The notes under the pieces are model-generated. The model worked only from the letters and a program-made list of their open reading frames with translations, was not told the DNA's origin and did not search any database. A stretch of 64,000 bases of DNA. Origin: Eledone cirrhosa. Taxonomy: Eukaryota. The position numbers and the translations under genes are program-made. The stretch is from NCBI GenBank assembly GCA_964016885.1, contig OZ024740.1, positions 101,680,001-101,744,000 on the forward strand. Reading direction: 5' to 3'. Positions 42,245-53,613 of this stretch are shown here, piece after piece (position 1 is the first letter of the stretch; each line of letters opens with the position of its first letter).

Positions 42245-42324
<80 letters not shown>

Positions 42325-44937
42325 TATATACAATTTATATATATATATATTAATAAACCTTATATACAATAAACATATACAATAAATATATATATATATA
42401 TATGTGTGTGTGTATATATATATATATATTAATAAACCTTATATACAATATATATATATATAGTGATAAATATATATATATATATATTGATACAATATAT
42501 ATATATATTGATAAACTGTATATACAATATATATGTACACATACATGCATGCACACATACATGTATATATACATACATATATGTATATTAACTTAGCTTA
42601 CATGCTCTGAGTACTTTAATTTGATTGGGGGTTATTTATGGATGCATTTGCATTATACACATAAATACGCATACACACAAATGCACACACATACAGACAC
42701 ATGCACTCACATAATAATATGCAAGATTCTGTATGGATATGTGTTTATATATACATCTTCATGTGCAAATGTCTATGCAGATGTATGAATGAGTGGACAT
42801 ATTCTGTATATACATATGTGTAAACATAACTTTAATTTGTTGTGTACTGTGTAATATATCTTTCACATAATGTTTGTACATCTTTGAAATTTTTGTATCT
42901 GCTATTGTATTGTGTCAGTGAATTGGCAGAATCATTAGAACGTAGGATTGTGCTATGCAGTATTCATTTTCGCTCTCTGCTCTATCAGTTCAAATCCCAC
43001 TGAAATCAACTTTGCCTTTCATCCATTTGGTCAATATAAAAAGTACCAGTCAAGTATTGGAGTCAATTTTTCCTCTAAATCTTTTTCTCACTTCCTTTCT
43101 CTCACTCACTATCCTTCCCTGGAAGAAATCTGCTGTATTCAGGCCTGAGTGGGTAGGCTCTGCTAGGTTTTAAAATGCCCCAGAAACACTATATGTCAAT
43201 ACCCCACCCCTACAACTCCCTCGGAATGTATGGATCCATACCATTGTATTAAAATGTTTTATATTTGTGTTACTCTTGTGGAAAATAAAGATATTATTAT
43301 TAGGGGTCAATAAAATAAAGTACTAGTAATGCACTAGGGTAATTGCTGGCCTTGTGCCAAAAATAGAAGCAATTATTATTATCAATTTTAATAGTAGTGT
43401 GGTGGATTGATAGTATTGATAGTGTCAAACAACATGCGTTGTGGCATATAGCTATGGCCTTTCATGTTCTGAGTTCAAATCTCACCGAGGTTAGCTTTGT
43501 CTTTCATTCTTATTGGTTTGATAAAATGAAGCACCAGTAATACACTGGGATTGATTTAATCAACCTTCTCCTTCCCTTCAAATTGCCTTGCGCCAAAAAT
43601 TGAAACAATTATTAATATTAATAGAAGGGCGGTGGATAGGCAGTACCGGTAGAGTGTCGGACTCCATGCTTTGCAGCATAGAGTTACGGCCGTTTATGAT
43701 CTGAGTTCAAATCGCGTCGAGGTTAACTTTGCCTTTCATCCTTACAGGGTTGATAAAATAAAGTACCAGTCCCCCAAAATTGCTGGTCTTGTGCCTATAT
43801 AAGAAACCAATATTAATAGATCCATCGTGGACAAAATCATTTCATTCCTCTATATTTATGATTCAAATTCCATCACAGTCATTCTCTGTCCTGTATAAAA
43901 TAATTATAATTAAATAGTTTAGAATTAATTACATTGATTACTTAATTGATTGTTCCCTCCATCAACATCTGTAGTGTTGTTGTGTCTGATCTTTTCTTTT
44001 TTCTTTTACTTTTTTCAATCATTAGAATCTGGCTATGCTGGAGCACTGCTTTCAAGAGATTTAGTTGATCAGTAGAAGACACTTGCTGATATCACCATCA
44101 ACATTTAATGTCCACTTTCCCTGCTAGTAAGGGTTGGATGGGTTGTCACAGACCAAGTCACCTCTTAATCAGGGCTACTGACTTGAGAAGTCAGTAGCTC
44201 TGATTAAGTGGCTTGCATATAACTTACATATATTACTGCACTCTACTGACATCACAGAGTGCCAAGGCTTGTACCTCAGAGGGGGACTTTCTAGATGCAA
44301 AACCAAGGTCATTTGTGACTGAAGTGGGTCTACAAGCTGGTGTAAGAACAGAATAGAAAATGTTTAGGGAGCTTTTACCTCTGTTGATAACAAATATGTT
44401 TTTTCCACCTGATCAAATAGTAGATTGTATGATGCCTACATGAGAAATGTGATGTTGTATGACAGTGAGGTATAGGTGGTGAATGCAAAGGATATGCTAA
44501 GGCTGGAGAGTAAAAAGCGACATGTTTCATTGGATGTGTAATATTGTGCTTGAATAATACAGCATGCTTTATCATTCAATGGCATCATCTCTCTTGCACA
44601 TTATATCTGATTCCTTCCATACCCAGTGTTCCACTTAGCTGGGAATAAAAAGAATCAGATACAGTTTGCAAGAGAGAAGACTGCATTGGTATGGACAAGT
44701 GATGCACGTGGATGATAATTTCTAGGTGAAGAAGTGCCAAAAAAATCCCACTGCAAGTCAGCTACTGTAGAGGAAGACTGAGGAAGACCTGGGTAGAAAT
44801 GGTTACAGCTGATTTCAAAATGCTGAACCTCACAGAGAAGATGATGAAGGAACACAATGAGTGGAAGGAAGCTGTGCTGGAAGAGAAGCAGCCAGCCTAT
44901 GTAAGCATGGAAAAACAGATGTAAAATGATTGTGATA

Positions 44938-47222
44938 TCATCATCATCATCATCATCAACGTTTAACGTCCGTGTTCCACGCTTGCATGGGTTTGGACGG
45001 GGGTAGTCCCACTTGAGGCAAGAGTGATTGTCTTGCTCGCATAGGACTGTCTGGCAGGTTTTCTACAGTTGGATGCCCTTCCTAACACCAACCACATTTA
45101 CAGTGTGGGTCTGGGAGGTTTTTACCGTGTTGCCTACACGGCCACATTACAGCGTGGACTGTGTTTTTTTGTCGTGACACCTACACGATCTCATTTGTTT
45201 CGGCCTCGATGGCGCGGCACCAACATAACTTTACATAGAACGGGGTGGTGTGGATGGGGTGGGGGTGGGGGTGGTGGGACGGGGTGTATTTTGTTAGAGA
45301 TGCCTACTGGCTGGAGTAGGTTTTACTATATATTTAGGTAAGGCGGGTCTTCTCTGTTACTGAGTACCGCCAAAGGTCTCGGTCCAGTGACATTGTCTTG
45401 GAGAGGTGTAAGTGTGTGATGTCGGAGTTTATCAGCTCGTCCCAGGTTTTTCTAGGTCTGCCTATTCCGTGACTACCGTCTATCTTTATTGCCCTGCACT
45501 TTGTTATACAGCTATCGACTTTCATGCGCATCACGTGTCCATACCAACGTAGCCTTCTCTCGAGTAAACAACATCTGATCCCTCTTATCTCTAATTTTTT
45601 CCTTAGTTCGTTTATGCTTTGCCGTTCACGTATATTACTGTTACACATCCAGCGGAGCATGCAAGCTTCGTTCCTCTCTAGTCTGCGTATATCCTCTGCA
45701 CACAATGCCCAGGTCTCACTGCCATGCAGCATTGCTGTTCGTATGCAGGCATCGTACAACCTGCCTTTCATTTTTAGTGAGAACCCTTTAGCAGCTAATA
45801 GTGGTATAAGCTCTCTGAACTTTTTCCAACCAGTTCTGACTTTAGCTACAGTACTTTCAGAGCACCCTCCCCCACTGCTGATTTTATCGCCCAGGTAACG
45901 GAAGCTGTCCACTATTTCTATAGAACCCTCTGTGCAATTGAAAGAGCTAGTAGTTTGTGGGCACTTGCTGCTACTTATTGCACCAGAGCACCGGCCACAT
46001 GTAAAATCTATGTTCTTAGTTAGCTTACCTGTGATCCCACTACATCTTTTATGCACCCATACTTTGCATTTAGGACATAAAATGGAGTTTCTACCTACGC
46101 CTTTCCTACACACCGAGCACGACCATTTCCCAGAAGGGACCGCCGCCTTGTTTTCTTTCCTACAAACTAGTACTTTGGTCTTAGCCAGGTTAATTTTAAG
46201 TCCTTTTGACTCTAGGCCGTGCTTCCATGTTTGGAATTTCTTCTCTAGCTCGGCCATTGATTCCGCTATGAGTGTCAGGTCGTCTGCGTATAGGAGTTCC
46301 CATGGGCAGCCTGTCTTGAACTCCTCTGTTATAGCCTGAAGGGCAATAATAAATAGTAGTGGGCTGAGAACAGAGCCCTGATGGACGCCAACTTTTACGC
46401 TAAACTCTTCACTATATTCGTTGTTAATTCTAACCTTGCTGACTGTTTCTTTATACATGGCTTGTATAGCCCTCACAAGCCATTCGTCAACGCCTAGTTT
46501 TCTAAGAGCCCACCAGATAATGGAGCGGGGGACTCTGTCGAAGGCTTTCTCCAAGTCGACAAAAGCTAAGTAGAGGGGTTTACCTTTAGCTAGGTACTTC
46601 TCCTGTAGTTGTCGTACTATGAAAAGAGCGTCTGTGGTACTTTTGCCTGACACAAACCCGAACTGCATTTCATCTAGGTCAATTCTCTCTCTGATTAGTT
46701 GCGCTATTACTTTTTCCGTGACCTTCATGACCTGGTCGATTAATTTAATGCCTCTATAGTTACTCCTATCTAGGGCGTCTCCTTTACCCTTATAACAGTT
46801 AACGATGATGCTGCTATGCCAGTCCTTCGGAACAACCCCATTCTGTACGACTTGGTTAACTATGCGGGTGACCATGGTGTGTCCCACCGTGCCAGATGCC
46901 TTCAGCATCTCAGCAACTATTTCCGAAGGCCCAGCCGCCTTACCCGTCTTCATATCCTTGATTGCCTTACTTATTATACTCCCCTCGACTAACACTGCTG
47001 GTCCCTCTATTGGGTCGATATGGGGGAGACTGCCTTTCTCCCAATTATTCTCCTCATTTAGTAGCCTTTCATAGTGACACTTCCAAGCTACCTTCTTATC
47101 AGCGTCGGTGATGGCAAGTGTGCCATCGTCGTTTAGTACACACTTCTCCCCGACAATATCACGGTTTTCCTTGATGCATTGCCTAGCAATCCTGAACACC
47201 TCACGTTTTTGGTCATCGCGTT
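44938..47222 (-). mobile_element. RTE-clade LINE, 5'-truncated, young copy
   Basis: Open RT ORF (KGKGDALDRSNYRGIKL, QFGF, FVDLEKAFD, GVHQGSVLSPLLF, LYADDL, FRYLG, GRPRKTW), 3' UTR and (TGA)n tail at ~44938-44957. Confidence 0.95.
45334..47222 (-). CDS. RTE reverse transcriptase with internal PHD-like Cys/His finger (N-terminally truncated)
   Basis: ORF 45334..47337; the first ~38 aa are microsatellite-derived, homology starts at QRDDQKREVF; no stops to the C-terminus. Confidence 0.85.
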
Positions 47223-47721
47223 GTATATATATATATGAAATTGTGATATATATATATGATATTGTGATATATATATATATGTTAACGATGGTGTAATAGT
47301 AGGAAAAGCACTCTACATTATGCAACACATCCATCATTGATGTTCAATCCCGTGGCTAGTGCAGGAATGGAGTTAAATATTAATTTGATTAAAATAACAG
47401 GAGGTCGGACTGATAATATTCTTTTTAAATTTTATTGTTGCAAAAAACACTACATACATTTCAATGACCTGGTTACGTAAGCAGGCCATTGAAATATAAA
47501 TACTGTTTTTTGCATCAATGCCATCACCATCATCATCATCATTTAACGTCCATTTTTCATACTTGCATGGGTTAGATGGGTCATGCACATCATGAGACAA
47601 GTCTGGCTAGATTGGCCCCACTGTACCTTGCTCAGACAGAGCTGTAAATTTGGCCAGGATTTTTACAGCTGGATGCTTTTCCTAACACCAACCACATTTA
47701 TTTATATATATATATGTGTGT

Positions 47722-47980
47722 GTCTGATGGTAGCTAAGATGCTTCCATAGGCTGTATGTGGGTTGAGCACTCTATGCTCTTACAGAGCAGAGTATGATAG
47801 AATAGAAAACGAAAAATCAGTGATGCATCTGAACTCAATTTATTGTGTGTTACAATTGTTTCGCCGTTGGACAGCTCGAGACGCAATCATGATCGCGTCT
47901 CGAGCTGCCTGGTGGTGAAACAATTGTAACACACAATAAATTGAGTTCAGATGCATCACTGATTTTTCGTTTTCTATTCT
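47722..47980. mobile_element. Palindromic element with 3' hammerhead halves
   Basis: Near-perfect palindrome 47799-47980 centred on atcatgat; each arm has GAAAC aatt GTA acacac AATAAA; no CTGANGA in the centre. Confidence 0.7.
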
Positions 47981-48082
47981 CTCTCTCTCTATATATATAT
48001 ATGTGTGTGTCTGTGTGTAAGTGTATATCTATACAGTATATATATATTAGGATTGGTGCTCTGAAATAGCGATGTATACATG

Positions 48083-48467
48083 AATGTATGTATAGTATAT
48101 TTGGCAATATAACGTATGTTTAATTAAAAACATTTTGAAGACTTTGCGCTATCATTTTAAAGTAGTGACTATGTCACTCACTTCTCTTTTCGGCAAAGGA
48201 AGGGAGAGAAGCTGACAGATTCTGTATCACAATCAGTTCCTGATTATTACTGGAATTCTATAAGAATCCAGCCTCTATAATTTTCGGCCAAGTACGTTGC
48301 TCTGAGGATCACCAAAAGTGTGAAACAGAATCTGTCAGCTTCTCTCTCTTCCTTTCCTGAAAAAAGAAGTAAATGACATAGTCACTACTTTAAAATGATA
48401 GCGCAAGGTCTTCAAAATGTTTTTAACTAAAGATACGGTATATTGCCAAATATACTATACATACATT
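48083..48467. mobile_element. Foldback hammerhead element (family G)
   Basis: ~150-bp inverted arms 48083-48231 / 48318-48467; the spacer holds the 5' half of the ribozyme. Confidence 0.8.
48299..48339 (+). ncRNA. Minimal type I hammerhead ribozyme (family G)
   Basis: gct CTGAGGA t-cac-caaaa-gtg-t GAAAC agaatct GTC agc; stem III ACAGA/TCTGT. Confidence 0.85.
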
Positions 48468-48841
48468 TATATATCATCATCATCATCATCATTTTACATC
48501 CGCTTTTCCCTGCTTGCAAGGGTGGGACAGGAACTGATTCTGGCTTGATTTCTACAGCTGGATGCCCTTCCTAACACCAACCTCATTTACAGTGAGTGCT
48601 GGGTGCTTTTTTGCCGTAGCACCTCCACGACCACTTTGCAGTGGAATGATATGGACCCCAGTCCTATCATTTCATTTCTACAGCTGAGTAAACTGGAGCA
48701 ATGTGAAATAAAGTGTCTTGCTCAAGGAAACAACACATCACATGGTCTGATAATTGAACTCACAACCTTTCGATTGCAAGGCCAATGCTCTAACCACTAA
48801 GCCATGTGCCTCCATGTGCCTCCACATATATATATATATAT

Positions 48842-49034
48842 GTTTATCCCAGGTTCAATCGAGGGTAACCACAGTAAGTAAGGTACTCAATACATAGCAG
48901 AGTATAAATATTTGATATAGAAATGGCTTCTACATGACGAGAATTGTTTCATTCGGGAGAAATCATCATGGGTTTCCTGATGATTTCTCCCGAATGAAAC
49001 AGTTCTAGTCCTGTCGAAGCCATTTCTATATTAA

Positions 49035-49038
<4 letters not shown>
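48842..49038. mobile_element. Foldback hammerhead element (family H)
   Basis: Arms ~48907-48968 / 48978-49038 plus tail to 48842; flanked by (TA)n. Confidence 0.75.
48971..49021 (+). ncRNA. Type I hammerhead ribozyme (family H)
   Basis: ggtttc CTGATGA t-ttc-tccc-gaa-t GAAAC ag-ttctagtc-ct GTC gaagcc; 6-bp stem I, 4-bp stem III. Confidence 0.85.
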
Positions 49039-49069
<31 letters not shown>

Positions 49070-49089
49070 TACACATATATGAAAAGATA

Positions 49090-49270
49090 CTATGATGGCT
49101 GAGCTCCAGCTGTTTTAACAGCTAGATCCGAACTGATCTAGCTGTCGAAACAGCCGGAACTCAGCCGTCAGAGTCCTGAATCTTTGTTCATACTACCCAC
49201 TCTACTAACTCAAGTATTGAGTACTCTGGTGAATTATGGTCCACCTGGTATCTTACCACACCTTCTCTGA
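49090..49270. mobile_element. Palindromic element with a 3' hammerhead half (family J)
   Basis: acagctagatc/gatctagctgt hairpin, then GAAAC agc...gcc GTC; related fragment at 17050-17110 (GAAACGGCT tgagctc AGCCGTC). Confidence 0.6.
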
Positions 49271-49304
<34 letters not shown>

Positions 49305-49898
49305 CGTTGGTATGGTCACGTGATGTGCATGAAAGACGACAGCTGTATAACAAAGTGCAGGGCAATAAAGATAGACGGTAGCCACGGAGTAGGCAGACCC
49401 AGAAAAACCTGGGACGACCTGATAAACTCCGACCTCACACACTTACACTTCTCCAAGACAATGTCACTGGACCGAGATCTTTGGCGACACTCAGTAATAG
49501 AGAAAACCCGCATTACCTAAATACAAAGTAAAACCTACTACAGTCAGTAGGCATCTCTAACAAAATACACCACCGTCCCACCACCCCCACCCCATCCACA
49601 CCACCCCTTTCAATGTAAAGTTATGTTGGTGCCACAACATCCAGGCCAAAACAAATGAGATCGTGTAGGTGTCACGACAAAAAAAACACACAGTCCACGC
49701 TGTAATGTGGCCATGTAGGCAACACGGTAAAAACCTCCCAGCCCCACACTGTAAATGTGGTTGGTGTTAGGAAGGGCATCCAGCTGTAGAAAACCCGCCA
49801 GGCAGTCCTATGCGAGCAAGACGACCACTCTTGCCTCAAGTGGGAAAACTCCCGTCCAAACCCATGCAAGCGTGGAACATGGACGTTAAACGATGATG
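49305..49898 (+). mobile_element. RTE LINE 3' fragment
   Basis: RWYGHV...GRPRKTW, then the same 3' UTR as the 12436 copy. Confidence 0.9.
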
Positions 49899-50214
49899 AA
49901 ATGTCAAAATCAAAAGGATCATGGAAAAAAATAATAAACACCAGAAGAATCCAAATAAAAATTTTTTTTAAATAAAACAAAATAAGAAAAGAAACAAGAA
50001 ATTTGCCAAACATCAAAACAAGCAGGAGCCAGAAATATTCAAGAACTTATTTAAAACAAACAATAGAAAGATACTGAACAAATACTAAAATTGTGTCAGC
50101 TATATCTTATCTTATACAAATTGGTAGAGAAATTTTTAAGTCCATTTCAATATCCCAAATGAGACAGTTGATAATCCAATAGTGCTGATCATGTATGTAT
50201 CTCACACAGACACT

Positions 50215-50850
50215 CTTACAATGGCATACTGTATCATACACAGGCATAGATATACAATAGTATACACCTCGTGCAGACTTTTTTTACAATAACATATACA
50301 TCATAAACAGACATAGATATGCAATAGCTTAAACCACATGCAGGCAATTTTACAATAACATATATATCGTACAGAGATATAGATATACAATAGCTTAAAC
50401 CTCATGCAGGCAATTTTACAATAACATATATATCGTACACTGACATAGATATACAATAGCAATCACCTCACACATTCAGATATTTAATCCTATACTATAT
50501 CATATGCAGGCAAATATACAATGGTTTATAGCATATGCATACACATATTCAATAGCATACAACATCATGCACAGGCATATATATAATGGTATATACATCA
50601 TTCACGGACACATATTCAGTGGTATATATCTCACACAGTCATATCTACAATGTCATATACATAGATATCCATTAGCATACATCTCACAAAAACATTTACA
50701 ATTGCATATACACCACACACATATACAATTGCATATACACCACACATACACACACATACAATTGTATATACACCACATACAGACACATATACAATTACAT
50801 ATACACCACACACATATACAATGGCATGATACACCATACACAGACACATA
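50215..50850. repeat. Diverged 66-bp tandem repeat decaying into ~30-bp units
   Basis: ttttacaataacatata at 50282, 50348, 50414; later catatacaattgcatatacaccacac units. Confidence 0.75.
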
Positions 50851-51109
50851 TACATTGGTTATTCTATAAACTGCTATGAAACATGGATCCCAAAACTTCC
50901 TTCAAGAATGGAGTAAGATTGATTTAGAAAGAAACTCCAAAAGAATATTATTGATACAGAATCATTAGATAACGTGATAACAAAGAACTTATTTCTATTA
51001 ATACACCAGACTGTGTGGTTAAAAAGTTATCTTTGCTCACATGGTTCTGAGTTCAGTTCCACTGTGGGGCTCAAATACTTTCTACTATTGCCTTGTGCCA
51101 TTAATAGCT

Positions 51110-53613
51110 CACGGCTCCCGAAACGTTTTTCACAATAGTACCCAAAACTTTGTTTAAAAACTACCAAAATATACAAAAATGTACCAAATCCAATTACCCC
51201 CCCTTCATACACCTCCTACCTCCTAACACTCTACCCTTCATCCCCCTCTTAACACTCTACCCTTCATCCACGTCCTAACACTCCACCCTTCATCCACGTC
51301 CTAACACTCCACCCTTTATCCACGTCCTAACACTCCACCCTTCATCCACGTCCTAACACTCCACCCTTCATCCACGTCCTAACACTCCACCCTTCATCCA
51401 CGTCCTAACACTCCACCCTTCATCCACGTCCTAACACTCCACCCTTCATCCACGTCCTAACACTCCACCCTTCATCCACGTCCTAACACTCCACCCTTCA
51501 TCCACGTCCTAACACTCCACCCTTCATCCACGTCCTAACACTCCACCCTTCATCCACGTCCTAACACTCCACCCTTCATCCACGTCCTAACACTCCACCC
51601 TTTATCCACGTCCTAACACTCCACCCTTCATCCACGTCCTAACACTCCACCCTTCATCCACGTCCTAACACTCCACCCTTCATCCACGTCCTAACACTCC
51701 ACCCTTCATCCACATCCTAACACTCCACCCTTCATCCACGTCCTAACACTCCACCCTTCATCCACGTCCTAACACTCCACCCTTCATCCACATCCTAACA
51801 CTCCACCCTTCATCCACGTCCTAACACTCCACCCTTCATCCACGTCCTAACACTCCACCCTTCATCCACGTCCTAACACTCCACCCTTCATCCACGTCCT
51901 AACACTCCACCCTTCATCCACGTCCTAACACTCCACCCTTCATCCACATCCTAACACTCCACCCTTCATCCACGTCCTAACACTCCACCCTTCATCCACG
52001 TCCTAACACTCCACCCTTCATCCACATCCTAACACTCCACCCTTCATCCACGTCCTAACACTCCACCCTTCATCCACGTCCTAACACTTCACTCTCCATC
52101 CATGTCCTGTCTTGTAGTTTGAGACAGAGTTGCAGTTATGGATGCCATTTAGTGCAGTCAACATTTTGCAGCAGAGCCTTTGATCTTAACAAGGCATTAA
52201 ATGTTGATATTTTAAAGCATTGGAATTTTTTTTGTTTTTATGTTATTGAGAACAGAAAAAAAATGAAGCAATGAAAGAAGTTGCAACTTATATAGTAATC
52301 GATAGCAATATATGTCACCACATTTTCCTTGAGAAACAAGTAACCGGTAGTTCTCAGGCTCATTTTGTGCATTAACAGGTGCATCTTGCAGAGTTAATTC
52401 CCTCCATTCTCTATTTATTTGTTGATATCGATCTCCATGCAGAAGACTGGAAAATTTCAGTGCCAATAGTATAAACGGTTTGTGTTTACCTTCAACAACA
52501 TTGGTCAGGTTTAAAGCTGCTTGTTGGTAGAAATATCCATTGTTTTATCTACAATAATGGAGAACTTTACTGAATTTAACTTAGACAATAAATCATTGAA
52601 AGCATGGGGACTGATCACATTTGAAAAAGTGCAAGTTCCTTCAGTTCTTACGCACTTGATGTCTTTGATGATGTTTTGATTGAAGCATACATTGGCAATA
52701 AGGCCAGGCAAATGATTCAAAATAGCAATGGATAGGTTGTTCTCAACAATAAATCTGCAGTTTCAGCACAGCTATTTTTGTTAAGCGAGCAGAACATTGA
52801 GCAGGCTTTATGAAATTTGTCACCTTCACTGTTTGTTTTGCTAATTTTGCATTCTTTTGGTGTTTTTCTCTCTCTTCATGCCTTACTATTTGACAAGCTA
52901 CAAGCTATCTTACAATTGCACAATAGCCTTTTGTTGCGTTCTTTTTACTCAATTCTAACCACCATAATTTTGACAGAACTTTTTTTCATAGAAAGAGGAT
53001 TTCAGTTTTTTCTTCTGAGACGTGTCATTTTCGTTGCTATCAGAATGATATTCTATATTCACTATTTTCCACTCATGAGGGGTTCAAAATGTTTCTCAAA
53101 ACAGCAAAATAGTTTGGATATTGAAAGATGACACCACCAAGGCACACTGCACACCATGACACAACTGCTTAAACTGAACTGATACGGTTGTTTTCAAGAA
53201 TTTGCCTATATCCATCTATATTTACATGTTCTTTCATATTGTCAGTGGAATCTATTCAAGTAAAATATCCACTGATCGATTGTAAGTGAATAATATATTA
53301 TTATTGGCTACAAGGATAATACAGAAGATGGTTGGCTACCGATTTGAAATATTATACAGATGAGTTATTGATGTCAAGTGAAATCTGATGGGCAAATACA
53401 ATCAATGGATAGCTTCTCGATGCAAAAGTTGTTATAGCTAATAAATGGTAAATCAGTAAATGGGGATTTTAGAATATTGAGCTAAATTTGCAAAGCAAGT
53501 ACAACCTCTAAAACATAGAAAAAATCTGGACATGGTACCCAAATGTATAGAAAAGTCAAGTTAAGGGCAGATTATACCAAATTTGTATAAACGCACCAGC
53601 TTCAGCAGTGCTG
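51110..53613 (-). mobile_element. Degenerate hAT-type transposon relic inserted into a SINE
   Basis: ORF 52511-52720 has FSIIVDKTMDISTNKQL (hAT first-D motif); 52212-52466 INREWREL resembles the C-terminal part; SINE halves at 51005-51101 and 53614-53662; boundaries tentative. Confidence 0.6.
51218..52105. repeat. 26-bp minisatellite (cctaacactccacccttcatccacgt)n, ~34 copies
   Basis: Period 26 read directly (51301, 51327...); near-identical core with diverged edges. Confidence 0.97.

Noticed and set aside
45524-47296. Plus-strand ORFs overlapping RTE copies
   Set aside because: Antisense shadows of the RT ORF
47223-47337. N-terminus of the 667-aa ORF as a real start
   Set aside because: Derived from flanking microsatellite; RTE homology stops at 47222
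51218-52105. CRISPR-like array
   Set aside because: No unique spacers; plain tandem repeat in eukaryotic DNA
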